Positions 38,525-49,492 of a stretch of 64,000 bases of DNA are shown piece by piece (the stretch's first letter is position 1; each line of letters starts with the position of its first letter). The stretch lies in IMG/VR virus record IMGVR_UViG_3300045921_000730, positions 180,294-244,293 of that record; one strand, 5' to 3'. Below the pieces are notes generated by a model. It had not been told where the DNA came from. It did not search any database and worked only from the letters and a program-made list of their open reading frames with translations. The position numbers were made by a program, and so were the translations under genes.

Positions 38525-40753
38525 ATGTCGGATTATATTATTGATTTTACAGGTACATTTGATTTAACAAGTCCAAAGACACCTTTTGTAATCAAACCGT
38601 CCACCATTGATGGACCACAAAATCCACACAACCCCTTACCTGTAAACACCGCAGCACATACCTCTTTAAGGTTACCTGGCAAAAGAGTTCCAAACTACGG
38701 CGAAATTCTTGCTGAAAACCAAGTATTCTTACTTGAAAATTTTGCAGCAACAATTCCTCCTGTTTTCCCAACGTCAGGACAATTGTGGTATGATTTAACA
38801 AACAATACAATGAAAGTTTATAATGGTAGTAGTTGGGATGCAGTCCAAATAACTGTATCACCAACATCTCCCACACTACCGAACATCGGGCATCTTTGGT
38901 ATAATACAAACACAGGAAACGTTTTGATTTGGAATGGTACAATATGGACAAGTGTTGCTGCCGGTTACTTGTTGGCTGACGGTTCTGTTCCTATGACAGG
39001 AAATTTTGATGTTGGCAATAACAGAATTATTAATTTAGCAACTCCCTTAGCACCTTCTGATGGAGCGACAAAACAATACGTAGATAACAAAAACGCTTCT
39101 CAAACACCATTCACACCAGCAGGTAATATTGTTGCAGTAACAACACAATTGGCAATAGAAGAATTAGACTTTAACAAAGTTGCAAAAGCTGGTGATACAA
39201 TGACGGGAACTTTAACACTAAGTGGAAATCCAACATTACCATTACATGCTGCAACAAAACAATATGTTGACACTGCTGTCGCAACAGCGCCAATTAGTTT
39301 AAATGACTTAACAGACGTTGCAACTACAGGAGTTAGTAATTATGATTTGTTATCATATGACACAATTACAAATCAATGGGTGAATCGTTCAATAGCAACA
39401 GCTGGCGTAGCTGCTATATCACACACACACGTTGCAACAGAAGTTAGTTTTGTTCCATATTTAACTACAGCGTCAACCAATGTTCAGGCAGCAATAGAAG
39501 AATTAACAGACGATAAAGTAAATCGCCTCGGCGATATAATGACTGGGTTTATTAATTTTGTAACAAACAGTTATCCATTATTCTCGTCACAATCAGCAAC
39601 AAAACAATATGTAGATGATAATGATTATGTTAATAAAACATATGTTGCTACCGACAATATAAATACAACATTTTCGTCGCTTCCATATGTTGTTGGTTCA
39701 AATAAACTTAATGTATATTTTTATGACGGTACATCAACAACACGCATGAGAGCCTCCTCAAATGGATATCAAACTGCTAATTTTAATCAAACAATACGTA
39801 ATTACGATTTTTCATTCACAGGTATTGATACAATTGTGGATGCACAGACTATATTTAAGGCTCAAGCTGTGGTCTCTGGTACGACGCCGTCGACAAGACT
39901 GTTCAGAATCAAAGGCGCAAATTTAGCCACATATCAACAATTAATAAATCAAATCGAAAACGGATTTATTGAACCAGTCGAGGCTATTGATGATGTTCTT
40001 GGAACAATAGAAATAAATGGGGATTATACAGATTTATTTACAGCAGGAACATTGTTTGAAGTATTAAACTCAACATCAAACAACGGTACCTACGAAACTT
40101 TAAGTTCTTCATTTTCAGGCGGAATAACAACAATTACAATCACAGGAACGTTTGCAGCGCCGGGTGTAAGTTTAGGTGTTCTTAAAGCAAATGGTCACAA
40201 TACTTTTTATACATTAACAATTCTCAACACCGACGACACTTTGAACGAATTTACAGTGCAGGGTGATCATACAGCTTTATTTACTGCTGGTTATACATTT
40301 CACGTAATTAATTCCGGCACAAACGATGGTTTATATACTGTAGATGTCGGCGGATCAACATACAGTGGTGGTTTAACTACAATCCCCGTTACAACATCTT
40401 TAACGGCCCCGGCTTTTGGTCTTGGAAGTATAAGAGGAAGTATTCTCGAACCAGCGCTGAAAGTAACAGTTAGCGGAAGAAACTTAAAGTTTGAAAATAT
40501 TGCAACATATGGAAACACATCAACTGTTACATTATCTGATGGACCGGGACCTAACAATTTATTTGCAAACTTGTTGGGGTTTGTTAATTTTTTTCCAGGC
40601 AATCCAGGAACAACCGGTGATTATGATGAAGATCATACATTTTCTGATCCGTTGGGTTATTTTGTTGGTAACCAATGGGTATCAACAACAATTACGTTTG
40701 GTTCTCCTCCTGCAACCGGAACTCTAGAAATTGTTTCTCAAGGATTGGTATAA
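38525..40753 (+). CDS. Virion structural protein of the same N-terminal family
   Basis: SLRLPGK...YGE.LAEN.VFLLENFA...P.P..GQLWYD motif. Confidence 0.75.
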   Translation: MSDYIIDFTGTFDLTSPKTPFVIKPSTIDGPQNPHNPLPVNTAAHTSLRLPGKRVPNYGEILAENQVFLLENFAATIPPVFPTSGQLWYDLTNNTMKVYNGSSWDAVQITVSPTSPTLPNIGHLWYNTNTGNVLIWNGTIWTSVAAGYLLADGSVPMTGNFDVGNNRIINLATPLAPSDGATKQYVDNKNASQTPFTPAGNIVAVTTQLAIEELDFNKVAKAGDTMTGTLTLSGNPTLPLHAATKQYVDTAVATAPISLNDLTDVATTGVSNYDLLSYDTITNQWVNRSIATAGVAAISHTHVATEVSFVPYLTTASTNVQAAIEELTDDKVNRLGDIMTGFINFVTNSYPLFSSQSATKQYVDDNDYVNKTYVATDNINTTFSSLPYVVGSNKLNVYFYDGTSTTRMRASSNGYQTANFNQTIRNYDFSFTGIDTIVDAQTIFKAQAVVSGTTPSTRLFRIKGANLATYQQLINQIENGFIEPVEAIDDVLGTIEINGDYTDLFTAGTLFEVLNSTSNNGTYETLSSSFSGGITTITITGTFAAPGVSLGVLKANGHNTFYTLTILNTDDTLNEFTVQGDHTALFTAGYTFHVINSGTNDGLYTVDVGGSTYSGGLTTIPVTTSLTAPAFGLGSIRGSILEPALKVTVSGRNLKFENIATYGNTSTVTLSDGPGPNNLFANLLGFVNFFPGNPGTTGDYDEDHTFSDPLGYFVGNQWVSTTITFGSPPATGTLEIVSQGLV

Positions 40754-40802
40754 ATTGGAGACAAAACACACAATAAATATTATTGCTTTGATAGGAATGT
40801 AA

Positions 40803-43571
40803 ATGACGACACCGATTACAATAACATTATCTGATAACAACACATCATTTAATATATTTCCTTTGGAAACAAATGGTCCAAGAAACAGATCTGTTTTAAG
40901 ATCTGTTTTAAAACCAATTCTATCACCACATAACCTTGGAAATAATTATTTCGTTGTTGGCGGAGACATTTCTGCAAGGTTCACTGCTGGTTTTATTTTC
41001 GATGTAACGGACGAAAACGGTAGTTTTATAACTCCAATATCTGGAACATATACAACAAATATTAATTCAGTGTTTAATGTTTCTGCAACAGAAATCCCAG
41101 TAAATGAAACAATACCACGCGGATTCTTTGAGATTGTTGGTGTTACGTTTCCGAACATATGGATTATTAAAGGTAACTTTGCGCAAGAATTTGAATCTGG
41201 CAATTTTATTTCAATAACAGAGAATGGTGATTCAGGAGTTTTTACGGTTGCTTCAGCAACAAACGTTGGTCCTAATACAGAAATTATTGTAAGCGAAACA
41301 ATTGCTGTTACAGCAACATCACAAGGATTTCTTTCACACAGAGAATTTCCTATTTTATCGCATGTTCCTGGTCTTGGCGGATCTGTAGAAATAAATGGTG
41401 ATTTAACTAATCGTTTTCCGCCTGGAAGTAAATTTGTGTTAACACCTTCACAAACATTTACTGTACAATCTTCGGTATTTGGTGCAGGTACCACAACAAT
41501 TACAGTCGATCCAGGAGAAACTGTGCCTGTTATTACAACGGAACGCGTAAATATTACAGCACTTCCCATTGGTTTCATTTCATATACAGTTCCTGCCGAA
41601 AAAACAATACCTACTGGTGTTGCTACATCTTTTTCCTTGCCAGGAAGAGGAATGATTGAGTGGGGACAAAAACTTGAACAATCAATTGTTAGAATTGCAG
41701 AAAGTTCTGCACATTCTGTACCACCACCAGCACCACTAAATGGACAGCTCTGGTACAACAGCAATGATCAACTTATGTATTTTTATAACTCCTCGCAATC
41801 ATATCTTGGTAATTTTGTAAAAGTAATTGGTGTAAATTCTGGCCTCGGACAATGGACGCTTGAAGGAAACCAAACGTTATATATAACACCCGGATCAAGA
41901 TTTGCTGTTTTTGGAAATACTGGAATAGATGCCGATCCGCTTTATGCCAACAAACCGGTTGTTACATATGAAGTTGTAACGTCTACATTATCAGGCCTAG
42001 ATACAATTGTAACAATTAATTCATTACCGTTAAACCCTGTTGATGAACCATCCATACCTTCAACTGCAACGCCCAATGGCTTAATTTATAGTTTAAATGA
42101 TTGGACAGTTTTCTTTGACACTTCAAATCCATCATTGTTTAATAATTTAAATATGAATGGAAACTTAATTACAAACGTCGGTAATCCTGTAAATGCAGGC
42201 GACGCTTTAAATCTTGGGTTTGCAGATAACAGATATGTTAATGTAACTGGCGACACAATGACAGGTTTCTTAACATTAAATGCTGATCCCACGCTTGCAC
42301 TACATGCTGCAACAAAACAATATGTCGATAATATTGCTGCTGGCATTGTAACAAAACCAGCCGTAGAAATTGTTGCTGTATCAAATTTGGCAGCAACATA
42401 CAACAATGGTGTTTTAGGTGTTGGTGCAACACTGACAGCAACATCCAACGGTCCTTTCCCAACAATTGATGGTGTAACGTTAACAGTAACCACGCCAGGT
42501 CTAAATGGTGTTTTGGTTGCTGGTCAAACAAATCCAGCTGAAAACGGAAGATACAATCTTACACAAGTTGGCGACGGTTCCAATCCATGGATATTAACAC
42601 GTTGTGGTTTATGTGATCAAGCAAATGAGATTCCAGGATCATATACGTTTATTAAACAAGGTACAACTTATGCAGGATCAGGTTGGGTACAAACAGTAAA
42701 CGATCCATTGACGTTTGTTGTTGGTACTGACGCAATTTTTGTAACTCAGTTTACGGGCGGTTCTTCATACACGGCCGGTAACGGTTTATTATTAATCGGT
42801 AACCAATTTAATGTTTTACCGGACACAGTAACAAACACAACATTTATAAATGGTAGCAATCAAATTGCAGTAGATTTTACTGGCTTAAATCCAATATATC
42901 TTGCTTTAAATGGCTCAAACATTCCGCCAGGTGGTCTAAACTTTACTGCACCGTCAGGTAATCCTGGTGGCGATATGATTTTTAATGGTGGTGATGGTGT
43001 TGGTGTTGGATCTGGTGGTGACGTTGGTTTAATTGGAGGAGATGCGCCTGGTAGTGGGTTTGGTGGTAATTTATTTCTGTCAGCAGGAACATCTGTATCA
43101 GGAACTGACGGACAAACAGTTATAACGTCACGCGGCGGAATTAATTTTCGTGGCGATAACTTTACGTCTCCTGGAGATGCACAAACAACACTATATACAT
43201 TATTAACAGAAACGACAAATAATACTATAACTGAAATGTTCTTAGATGGAACAAGTGGTACACGAAGAATGGTGTTGCCAGATAATGGCACATGGAAATT
43301 TAGAATTGATTTAGTCGCAAGACGAACAGATGCGTCAAACGAAAGAGCAGCATACACGTTTGATGGATGTATTGATAGAATTTCTGGTCCTGCTTCTGTT
43401 ACAATAGTAGGTCCTGTTTATACAACAATTGTTGCTGAAGATATCCCCGCATGGAATGCAACTGTCGATGCCGATATAACGCACGGAAGTTTACGTATAC
43501 GTGTACAAGGCGAAACTGCAAAAGTAATTAGATGGGTTGCTTTCGTATCGACTGTACAAGTAACAAGTTAA
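40803..43571 (+). CDS. Virion structural/fibre protein
   Basis: Internal SFSLPGRG..EWGQ..EQ..VRIAE module and AATKQYVD fibre module shared with 5932. Confidence 0.75.
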   Translation: MTTPITITLSDNNTSFNIFPLETNGPRNRSVLRSVLKPILSPHNLGNNYFVVGGDISARFTAGFIFDVTDENGSFITPISGTYTTNINSVFNVSATEIPVNETIPRGFFEIVGVTFPNIWIIKGNFAQEFESGNFISITENGDSGVFTVASATNVGPNTEIIVSETIAVTATSQGFLSHREFPILSHVPGLGGSVEINGDLTNRFPPGSKFVLTPSQTFTVQSSVFGAGTTTITVDPGETVPVITTERVNITALPIGFISYTVPAEKTIPTGVATSFSLPGRGMIEWGQKLEQSIVRIAESSAHSVPPPAPLNGQLWYNSNDQLMYFYNSSQSYLGNFVKVIGVNSGLGQWTLEGNQTLYITPGSRFAVFGNTGIDADPLYANKPVVTYEVVTSTLSGLDTIVTINSLPLNPVDEPSIPSTATPNGLIYSLNDWTVFFDTSNPSLFNNLNMNGNLITNVGNPVNAGDALNLGFADNRYVNVTGDTMTGFLTLNADPTLALHAATKQYVDNIAAGIVTKPAVEIVAVSNLAATYNNGVLGVGATLTATSNGPFPTIDGVTLTVTTPGLNGVLVAGQTNPAENGRYNLTQVGDGSNPWILTRCGLCDQANEIPGSYTFIKQGTTYAGSGWVQTVNDPLTFVVGTDAIFVTQFTGGSSYTAGNGLLLIGNQFNVLPDTVTNTTFINGSNQIAVDFTGLNPIYLALNGSNIPPGGLNFTAPSGNPGGDMIFNGGDGVGVGSGGDVGLIGGDAPGSGFGGNLFLSAGTSVSGTDGQTVITSRGGINFRGDNFTSPGDAQTTLYTLLTETTNNTITEMFLDGTSGTRRMVLPDNGTWKFRIDLVARRTDASNERAAYTFDGCIDRISGPASVTIVGPVYTTIVAEDIPAWNATVDADITHGSLRIRVQGETAKVIRWVAFVSTVQVTS

Positions 43572-43581
43572 GGAATAAAAC

Positions 43582-45903
43582 ATGAGCTTATTTTTTGACA
43601 ATGCAAGTGGTACAATAAGAATTACATCCAACTTTACAAATCCTACGACCGTAAAAGGCATTGGTATTCCTACACTTACAACAGCAGAACGCAATGCTAT
43701 CGCTTCACCATATCCTGGGTTATTAATATACAATTCAACAACCGAAGAACTTAACATGTTCACAACCGGCTGGACAGCTGTTGGAGGTGGTTCAACTTCA
43801 TTATCATTGATAACGCCTGCTACTACAGGAAATACTATCAACAATAACAACAATCAACAAAGATGGAATTGGCAACTTACAGCAAACGGTCAAAACGGAT
43901 TTACTTTTGGGGAAAATCTAGCTTCCACAAGCGGGTTGGGAGCTTCAAACCTTTTACAAATTGAAACAATAACAGGATCAAATGCTAATCCGTTGTTAGT
44001 TCGTGCAAGATCTAATGATGCATTAAGAGTTGGACCGTTGGGAAATATAGCAATATTGACTGGAACAGCAGGTGGACCAGCGTTAGGCTTTTTAGAAAGC
44101 CCAACTACTGGTTTTCATTTAAGAACAGTAACAACACATCCGGGCGTAGGCAACCAAGGCCTTGGTTTTGCGCTTGTAGGGTCTGAAGCTGGTTTCATTA
44201 ATAACAACGGCGCATTTGTTCAAGGACGTCCTGGCGCATTTGGCCCAACACCATCATCAACGGACGGATGGATGTATATTTCATCTTTAACAGCACCACC
44301 CACAAGCACACCAGTTTCCTTTACAAACAAATCGCCTTTGACCATCGATACAGCATCAAATACACTATATTTCCATAATGGTACATCATGGGTTGGTGTA
44401 ACAGCTGGTAGTGGTGTTCCAGGTGGATCTAATACACACGTACAATTTAACAACAGTGGTGTTTTTGGTGGTAGTGCAAATTTTACATGGGATAATGCAA
44501 CAAGTATTTTAACAATAAATGGTAGAACTGATCTGAGACAATATACAGAAAGCTATGCTACTCCAACAATAAGTGGCGGTTCACTAACTCTTGATTTAGC
44601 AACAGCTTCTGTTTTCAGAGTTTCTCTAAATCAGAACGTTACATCACTAACAATTAATAATCCAGCTAGTTCAGGTCGTGTATCTACATTTACATTAATT
44701 TTTACAGCTGATGGTACACCAAGAACAATTGCGTGGCCAGGATCAATCCTTTGGCCAAATTCTATACCTCCAACTCCAGCAGTTTCCAATGGTGCTGAAG
44801 ATGTTTATACATTCACAACATATAACGGTGGTACAACTTGGTACGGTTTAGTTGCAGGTCAGCTCTTTAACGATTCACAACCGATTGCACCAGCCGTTGT
44901 AAGACTAGATCAAATTTTAGCTGCCACAAACCCAAACACCATTAATAATACAAACAATCAACAATCATGGAGATGGACGCTGTTTGGTACTAATAACGGT
45001 CTGGATATTAATGAAACAGCACCATCTGCTGGTACAGGTAGTTTGCTTAACATAAACTCGTTAGCAGCATCAACCGTAAACGTATTTAATGCTCGCGCAC
45101 AAAATGGTAATGGTGGTATAACAATTAACAATATCGGCTCTGTTACTATTAACAGCGGTACAACAAACCCAACATTTACGACGCAGGCGCCTTTTAATAT
45201 TGCCACAAATACAGGGTTTACAACAAGTAGTTCTTTGACATTTGCTGCCCTAGCACCAACACCGCAAATTACTACACAAACGGGAACAAACATTACAATG
45301 GCTACAGGTAATGCAACCGTTGCAGGCAACGGTCCAAGCTTGACGTTTACGGCAGGAAATGCATTAACAGGTGGTATAGGTGGTGGTGTTACAATTACAG
45401 CCGGAAATGCTGCTGGTACAAACCAAAATGGAGGTACTGTACAAATATCTGCCGGTGTTCCAACAGGTGCTGGTACAAGTAATATTGTTTTAAGAACAAA
45501 CAACACAACACGAATGACAATTAATGCAGCAGGAAATGTAATAATTCCTGGACTGTTGGATATAGTTCAGTACATAGAAACATCGCCAACAGTTGCAATT
45601 ACAGCCGGTACACTTACGCTTGATTTGACCACAGGAACGTTCTTCAATGTTTCATTGAGCCAAAATATTACAACGTTGACGTTTAACGGTATCCCCGCAT
45701 CAGGCAAAGTTTCATCAATTACGATAATGTTTACAATGGATGGTACACCCAGAACGGTTACGTGGCCTCCTTCAGTACGTTGGGCCGGCGGGACGGCTCC
45801 AACGCTTTCCTCAATAGCCGGCAGAGTTGATATTATTACATTGATAACAAGAGATGGTGGTGCTAACTGGTTTGGTGTTGTTACTGGACAAAACTATTTT
45901 TAA
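43582..45903 (+). CDS. Tail fibre protein
   Basis: Two copies of the RTIAWP.S..WP domain; long block homologous to 15425..19009 (GQLFNDSQPIAP...FNARAQNG). Confidence 0.8.
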   Translation: MSLFFDNASGTIRITSNFTNPTTVKGIGIPTLTTAERNAIASPYPGLLIYNSTTEELNMFTTGWTAVGGGSTSLSLITPATTGNTINNNNNQQRWNWQLTANGQNGFTFGENLASTSGLGASNLLQIETITGSNANPLLVRARSNDALRVGPLGNIAILTGTAGGPALGFLESPTTGFHLRTVTTHPGVGNQGLGFALVGSEAGFINNNGAFVQGRPGAFGPTPSSTDGWMYISSLTAPPTSTPVSFTNKSPLTIDTASNTLYFHNGTSWVGVTAGSGVPGGSNTHVQFNNSGVFGGSANFTWDNATSILTINGRTDLRQYTESYATPTISGGSLTLDLATASVFRVSLNQNVTSLTINNPASSGRVSTFTLIFTADGTPRTIAWPGSILWPNSIPPTPAVSNGAEDVYTFTTYNGGTTWYGLVAGQLFNDSQPIAPAVVRLDQILAATNPNTINNTNNQQSWRWTLFGTNNGLDINETAPSAGTGSLLNINSLAASTVNVFNARAQNGNGGITINNIGSVTINSGTTNPTFTTQAPFNIATNTGFTTSSSLTFAALAPTPQITTQTGTNITMATGNATVAGNGPSLTFTAGNALTGGIGGGVTITAGNAAGTNQNGGTVQISAGVPTGAGTSNIVLRTNNTTRMTINAAGNVIIPGLLDIVQYIETSPTVAITAGTLTLDLTTGTFFNVSLSQNITTLTFNGIPASGKVSSITIMFTMDGTPRTVTWPPSVRWAGGTAPTLSSIAGRVDIITLITRDGGANWFGVVTGQNYF

Positions 45904-45912
45904 GAGACTATT

Positions 45913-47169
45913 ATGGCATTAAATAAAGGAACATATAAAAATACTGTCGTGGGTGGGCCGCCTCCTACCCCGGTTGGTACATTATTTATGTGGGGTCAAA
46001 ATACTTACGGAGAACTTGGTGACGGAACAACTACAAACAGATCATCGCCAGTCCAAATTGGTGCATCAAGCTGGATGTTTGTAGCTGTTGCAAACCAATA
46101 CACAACATATGCAATACGCAGCGACGGTCGTTTGTTTGCGTGGGGTCGTAACACTTCAGGTCAACTTGGTGACGGAACAACTATAGATAGATCATCTCCA
46201 GTCCAAATTGGTACGTCGAGTTGGATATTTGTTGGTGTACAGCCACAGAGTGTAATAGCTTTACGACAAGATAACAGACTTTTTGCATGGGGCGCCAATT
46301 CCGACGGTCAACTTGGTGACGGAACAACTATAAACAGATCATCGCCAGTTCAGATTGGAACATCGAGTTGGACAGCAATAAGTACTAGTCAAACCAGTCA
46401 CACTTTAGCAATAAGACAGGACGGTCTTTTGTTTGCTTGGGGAAGAAATGGCTTTGGTCAACTTGGTGACGGAACAACTATAGATAGATCATCTCCAGTT
46501 CAGATCGGAACAGCAAGTTGGATATTTGTTTATGCAAGCGACATCACTTGTTCTTTTGCAATAAGACAGGACGGTCGTTTGTTTGCATGGGGAAGAAACA
46601 GCTTGGGTCAACTTGGTGACGGAACAACTACAAACAGATCATCTCCAGTTCAGATCGGTTCATCAACCTGGTCAAGTGTGCTTGGGGGTGATAGTTCTCA
46701 TACCTTAGCAATAAGACAGGACGGTCGTTTGTTTGCTTGGGGAAGAAATGATCAAGGCCAACTTGGTGACGGAACAACTACAAACAGATCATCGCCGGTT
46801 CAGATCGGTTCGTTAAGCTGGTCTTCCATTTACATTGATGATCTCTCTTCTTTTTCTATTAGAAACGACGGATTATTGTTTGCTTGGGGAAGAAATAACA
46901 ACGGCCAACTCGGTGACGGAACAACTACAAACAGATCATCACCAGTTCAGATCGGTTCATCAACCTGGTCAAAAGTGTCGGTTGGTGGTAATACAGTTCA
47001 TGCTATACGAAGCGACGGATTGTTATTTGGATGGGGTAACAATTTTAGTGGGAAAATTGGCGACGGAACAACTACAAACAGATCATCACCCGTACAAATT
47101 GGCTCTCAAAGTTGGGTTAATCTTGCTTCTGGTATTGGGTTTTTCCACAAAGGAGCAATTCGAGCATAA
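45913..47169 (+). CDS. RCC1-repeat beta-propeller protein
   Basis: About eight highly similar 50-aa repeats (150-bp DNA period). Confidence 0.85.
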   Translation: MALNKGTYKNTVVGGPPPTPVGTLFMWGQNTYGELGDGTTTNRSSPVQIGASSWMFVAVANQYTTYAIRSDGRLFAWGRNTSGQLGDGTTIDRSSPVQIGTSSWIFVGVQPQSVIALRQDNRLFAWGANSDGQLGDGTTINRSSPVQIGTSSWTAISTSQTSHTLAIRQDGLLFAWGRNGFGQLGDGTTIDRSSPVQIGTASWIFVYASDITCSFAIRQDGRLFAWGRNSLGQLGDGTTTNRSSPVQIGSSTWSSVLGGDSSHTLAIRQDGRLFAWGRNDQGQLGDGTTTNRSSPVQIGSLSWSSIYIDDLSSFSIRNDGLLFAWGRNNNGQLGDGTTTNRSSPVQIGSSTWSKVSVGGNTVHAIRSDGLLFGWGNNFSGKIGDGTTTNRSSPVQIGSQSWVNLASGIGFFHKGAIRA

Positions 47170-47226
47170 CGTTGTCTTTTTTGCAAAGTCATTTATAATC
47201 ATACTTATAACTATAAGGAGAAATAT

Positions 47227-48930
47227 ATGCATCCAATCGACCAACAGTTGGATCACATGCTTCGCGGTGAATTCGAAAAAGGTTGGCAAATATCCGAACA
47301 TTTAGAAAGAAACGGTCCTGATAACATTCCAGTCGTTCCTGGCAAAGATAAAGAAGAAATGTGGTTAAGACACAATTTCAACAGAGGTTGGTTTTTACTA
47401 AATCAAGGAAAGTTCCAAGAAGGAATGCAACTACTAGATTCCGGTCGCTTTCTTAATGTTTATGGTGGTCCACCGCTTGCTACTTCAAAACCAATTTGGG
47501 ACGGATCAGATCCATCCAGTAAAACAATTATTATCTCGTTAGAAGGTGGCTATGGTGATGAAATTATTCACGCTCGTTTTGCAAAAACGCTTGCAGACAA
47601 AGGTGCTAATGTTATTCTAGCTGCCGATCCACAACTTCACAGCCTCTTTTATAGAATTCCAGGCGTATCGAAGTGTATTACTAGAATCGATGCAAAAAAT
47701 ACACCACACGATTATTGGATTCCGGGGTTTAGTGTTGCGTGGGTTGCTGGTATTACTTTCGAAACACTACCAAACGATCCATACATTTTCCCGAATCCAA
47801 CAAGCGTTGAAATGTGGAAGAATATTATTAGTTCAGAAAAAATTAAAATTGGTATTCGTTGGTCTGGTAATCCAAAATTTGAACATCAACAATTTAGAAA
47901 ATTTCCGCCTGAGTTTTTAATAGATTTAGCAAATCGTGATGAATTTCAAATTTATTCATTGCAGCGTGACAACGATATTCAAAAATTACCGGAAAATATT
48001 ATCGATCTACAACACTTGTTGATTTCTTGGGAAGATACGGCTGCAGCAATCAGCAACCTTGATTTAGTAATTACTTCATGTACAAGCATTGCACACATTT
48101 CTGCAGCGATGGGAAAAGAGACGTGGGTAATTGTTCCGATTCTTCCATATCACACATGGACGCTTGATGCACCTCACAGCACATCATCACCCTGGTATAA
48201 ATCCGCTCTTCTTTTTAGACAAGAAGAATATCAAGATTGGACAAAATGTTTCAATAAACTATATAAAAAGTTAAATGAAAAATTTAATTTAACACCTCCT
48301 ATTAGTGAGGTAATTAAAAAACCGAAATCAACGCTGAATCTTGGTTGTGGGTTTAAAAAAATTGAAGGTGCTCTCAACGTTGATAAAGAACCTCTAGCAC
48401 GACCCGACAAAATAGTCGACCTAGAAGTATTTCCCTGGCCATTTGATGATAACAGTTTCGATGTCATCGTAGCAAAAGATATCTTAGAACATCTTGGACA
48501 AACGCCTTCTGACTTTATTAACATTTTAAAAGAAATGTATAGAATATCAAAACCAAATGCAACATGGGAGGTTGTATTCCCACATTGGAGATGTGATAAT
48601 GCTATCAATGATCCAACACATGTTCGCTTATTAACAACCGAAATGTTTAAGTTATTTGATCAGAGCGAAAACGCTTTGCAATCAAAAAAACAAACAGCTA
48701 ATAGTACTCTTGGTTTATACAATAACATTGACATTCAAATAATTGATTCAACATATGAAATTGTTGACTACTGGAAAAAGCAACTCGATACAGGAACTTT
48801 AAGTTCACAAGAATTTGAAATAAAATTCAATACATTGAACAATGTTGCCACGGCAGTTAATTTGGTAATAAAAGTACATAAACCCGGTAGAGAAATTGAT
48901 TTAATTAAAAAACTCTTACATGGACATTGA
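47227..48930 (+). CDS. Glycosyltransferase (GT9-like) fused to a SAM-dependent methyltransferase
   Basis: GGYGDEII..RF, IGIRWSGNP and DLVITSCTSIAH motifs; then LNLGCG...NVD and HLG...EMYRISKP. Confidence 0.75.
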   Translation: MHPIDQQLDHMLRGEFEKGWQISEHLERNGPDNIPVVPGKDKEEMWLRHNFNRGWFLLNQGKFQEGMQLLDSGRFLNVYGGPPLATSKPIWDGSDPSSKTIIISLEGGYGDEIIHARFAKTLADKGANVILAADPQLHSLFYRIPGVSKCITRIDAKNTPHDYWIPGFSVAWVAGITFETLPNDPYIFPNPTSVEMWKNIISSEKIKIGIRWSGNPKFEHQQFRKFPPEFLIDLANRDEFQIYSLQRDNDIQKLPENIIDLQHLLISWEDTAAAISNLDLVITSCTSIAHISAAMGKETWVIVPILPYHTWTLDAPHSTSSPWYKSALLFRQEEYQDWTKCFNKLYKKLNEKFNLTPPISEVIKKPKSTLNLGCGFKKIEGALNVDKEPLARPDKIVDLEVFPWPFDDNSFDVIVAKDILEHLGQTPSDFINILKEMYRISKPNATWEVVFPHWRCDNAINDPTHVRLLTTEMFKLFDQSENALQSKKQTANSTLGLYNNIDIQIIDSTYEIVDYWKKQLDTGTLSSQEFEIKFNTLNNVATAVNLVIKVHKPGREIDLIKKLLHGH

Positions 48931-49492
48931 CATTGATTTGCCAACGACGTTTGTGGGGAAAGAAGTTTTTCCTTCCTCCGTCCCCGCTTCGATGGTAAGA
49001 AATGAAAAGTTAACAAAACACAATTGTGGTTTTTACTTTCAAAATATTCCAGTCGATGAAATTACTGGAGTTGCTGCAATTCCTTATAAAGATGCAGAAG
49101 ATCTTGGTTATTTTAAAATAGATTTTTTGCATTTATCTTTACTTGATAATTTTACATCAAAGCAACAAATACGAGATTTGTTAAAGAAAGAACCTGACTG
49201 GAGTTTATTGTTAAATAAAGAAATAGTTGAACAATTATTTCAAGTAAATCGTGAACATTTACTATTGAAGAAAATAAAACCACGAAGTGTAGAAGAATTG
49301 GCTGATTGTATTGCATTGATGCGGCCAGGGAAACGACATTTAGTACCTGAATACATTGATAATAAAGAATTTGTCAGAAACAATAAACTTTATACAAAAA
49401 CAGATGATGGTTATAGTTTTAAACGTTCGCATGCTATCGCGTATGCCTTGACAATTATTTTACAACTCCATTTATTTTCCAACAAAAAATAA
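48920..49492 (+). CDS. DNA polymerase III alpha-like C-side catalytic fragment
   Basis: MDIDID, H..G.YF, GYFKIDFL, ALMRPG and YSFKRSHAIAYA map in order onto the DnaE palm/fingers motifs. Confidence 0.8.
   Translation: MDIDIDLPTTFVGKEVFPSSVPASMVRNEKLTKHNCGFYFQNIPVDEITGVAAIPYKDAEDLGYFKIDFLHLSLLDNFTSKQQIRDLLKKEPDWSLLLNKEIVEQLFQVNREHLLLKKIKPRSVEELADCIALMRPGKRHLVPEYIDNKEFVRNNKLYTKTDDGYSFKRSHAIAYALTIILQLHLFSNKK

Larger units (their letters stand above)
2700..40779 (+). promoter_or_regulatory. Recurrent T4-late-type promoter motif (T)ATAAATA before virion genes
   Basis: Seen at 2700, 5898, 14021, 15320, 21952, 34974, 38495 and 40773. It resembles the T4 gp55 consensus TATAAATA; short AT-rich motif, so individual hits are weak. 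Confidence 0.6.

Noticed and set aside
112-46000. Long antisense and alternative-frame ORFs over the fibre genes (for example 8229..9125, 15616..16332, 40946..41764)
   Set aside because: These are shadows of Gly/Thr/Asn/Ala-rich codons that rarely give stops on the reverse strand; no RBS or recognisable motif.
29660-49492. Split intein joining the two DnaE halves
   Set aside because: No N-terminal Cys/Ser Hint block or terminal His-Asn is appended to either fragment.
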